Shown here piece after piece: positions 63,417-64,000 of a stretch of 64,000 bases of DNA. Position 1 is the first letter of the stretch. Every line of letters starts with the position of its first letter. The position numbers were made by a program, and so were the translations under genes. The DNA lies in assembly GCA_018657385.1 (NCBI GenBank), contig JABHXF010000034.1, positions 8,081-72,080 of the forward strand. Reading direction: 5' to 3'. The notes below the pieces were generated by a model, which saw nothing but the letters and a program-made list of their open reading frames with translations, was not told where the DNA came from and made no database searches. This stretch comes from Candidatus Woesearchaeota archaeon. Its GTDB lineage: Archaea; Nanobdellota; Nanobdellia; Woesearchaeales; DSVV01.

Positions 63417-63998
63417 TTATCTTCCAATACCTTTGTAGATAATTTCTTTACTAACTATAGATTGTTTATCAAAGAAATTTCTACCATCAACAACAACCCT
63501 AACTTGTTTTTGCATAAGAACATCAGGAGTTATTTTTTTAAAGTCATGATGTGAAGTTACTAAAACAACACAATCACATTCTTTAACTTCATCTAAGGAA
63601 ACAACATCAGATTTTTCAAGAACATGTGGATCAAAAATAATTAAATTAGCACCTTTCTTTTTTAATTGTTTTATTATTTCAAAAGATGGTGATTCACGCA
63701 TATCATTAACATTTGGTTTGTAAGCAAGACCTAAAATCAAAATTTTTGAACCATTAACTGCTTTGCCAGCTTTATTTAATCCATCGACAATTAAATTAAC
63801 AGTGTAAAGTGGCATAGAATTATTAATATCTCTTGCTAAAGCAAGAAATTTATGATCAAAACCACTTTGTTTTGCTTTTTCAATTAAATAATAAGGATCA
63901 ACAGGAATACAATGCCCACCAACACCACAACCAGGATAATGTGGCATAAAAGCAAATGGTTTTGTTGAAGCTGCCTTAATTACTTCTGAAATATCAAT
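63417..63998 (-). CDS. UDP-N-acetylhexosamine 6-dehydrogenase (WecC/WbpA-like), 5' end outside the window
   Basis: AASTKPF, PGCGVGGHCIPVDP, LGLAYKPNVND.RESP, DGRN; frame open to the window edge. Confidence 0.9.
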   Translation of the reverse strand: MDISEVIKAASTKPFAFMPHYPGCGVGGHCIPVDPYYLIEKAKQSGFDHKFLALARDINNSMPLYTVNLIVDGLNKAGKAVNGSKILILGLAYKPNVNDMRESPSFEIIKQLKKKGANLIIFDPHVLEKSDVVSLDEVKECDCVVLVTSHHDFKKITPDVLMQKQVRVVVDGRNFFDKQSIVSKEIIYKGIGR

Positions 63999-64000
63999 TC

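Overview
Very AT-rich archaeal chromosome segment, most consistent with a DPANN (Woesearchaeota-like) organism. Support: CDC48, the eL43-Rpo12-Pcc1-prefoldin beta-UPF0147 cluster, an intron-containing tRNA-Pro, class I LysRS, Pth2, type II MetAP, class III signal-peptide proteins, TATA boxes and AGGTGA ribosome-binding sites. The left half (1-33 kb) is housekeeping mixed with bacterial-type signalling genes: an apparently intact long RelA/SpoT homolog, two histidine kinases, three receiver proteins (one HTH-REC-degenerate GGDEF), and RimK plus a RimB-like protease. It also holds several structured intergenic repeats and a candidate ncRNA. The right half (33-64 kb) is a large surface-glycosylation locus. 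It encodes a legionaminic-acid-type nonulosonate pathway in unusual multi-enzyme fusions with poly-Asn tracts, a deacetylase/formyltransferase pair with its own YgfA-FolD formyl-folate supply, a DUF4956-CotH-VTC module, and an AcpS-ACP-adenylation-Fe-ADH-LuxE-LuxC-acyltransferase module resembling the Vibrio cholerae O1 wbeK-O tetronate genes. That module coupled to nonulosonate synthesis in an archaeon is the best candidate for an undescribed system. All family calls come from motif recognition by eye; no database search was run.
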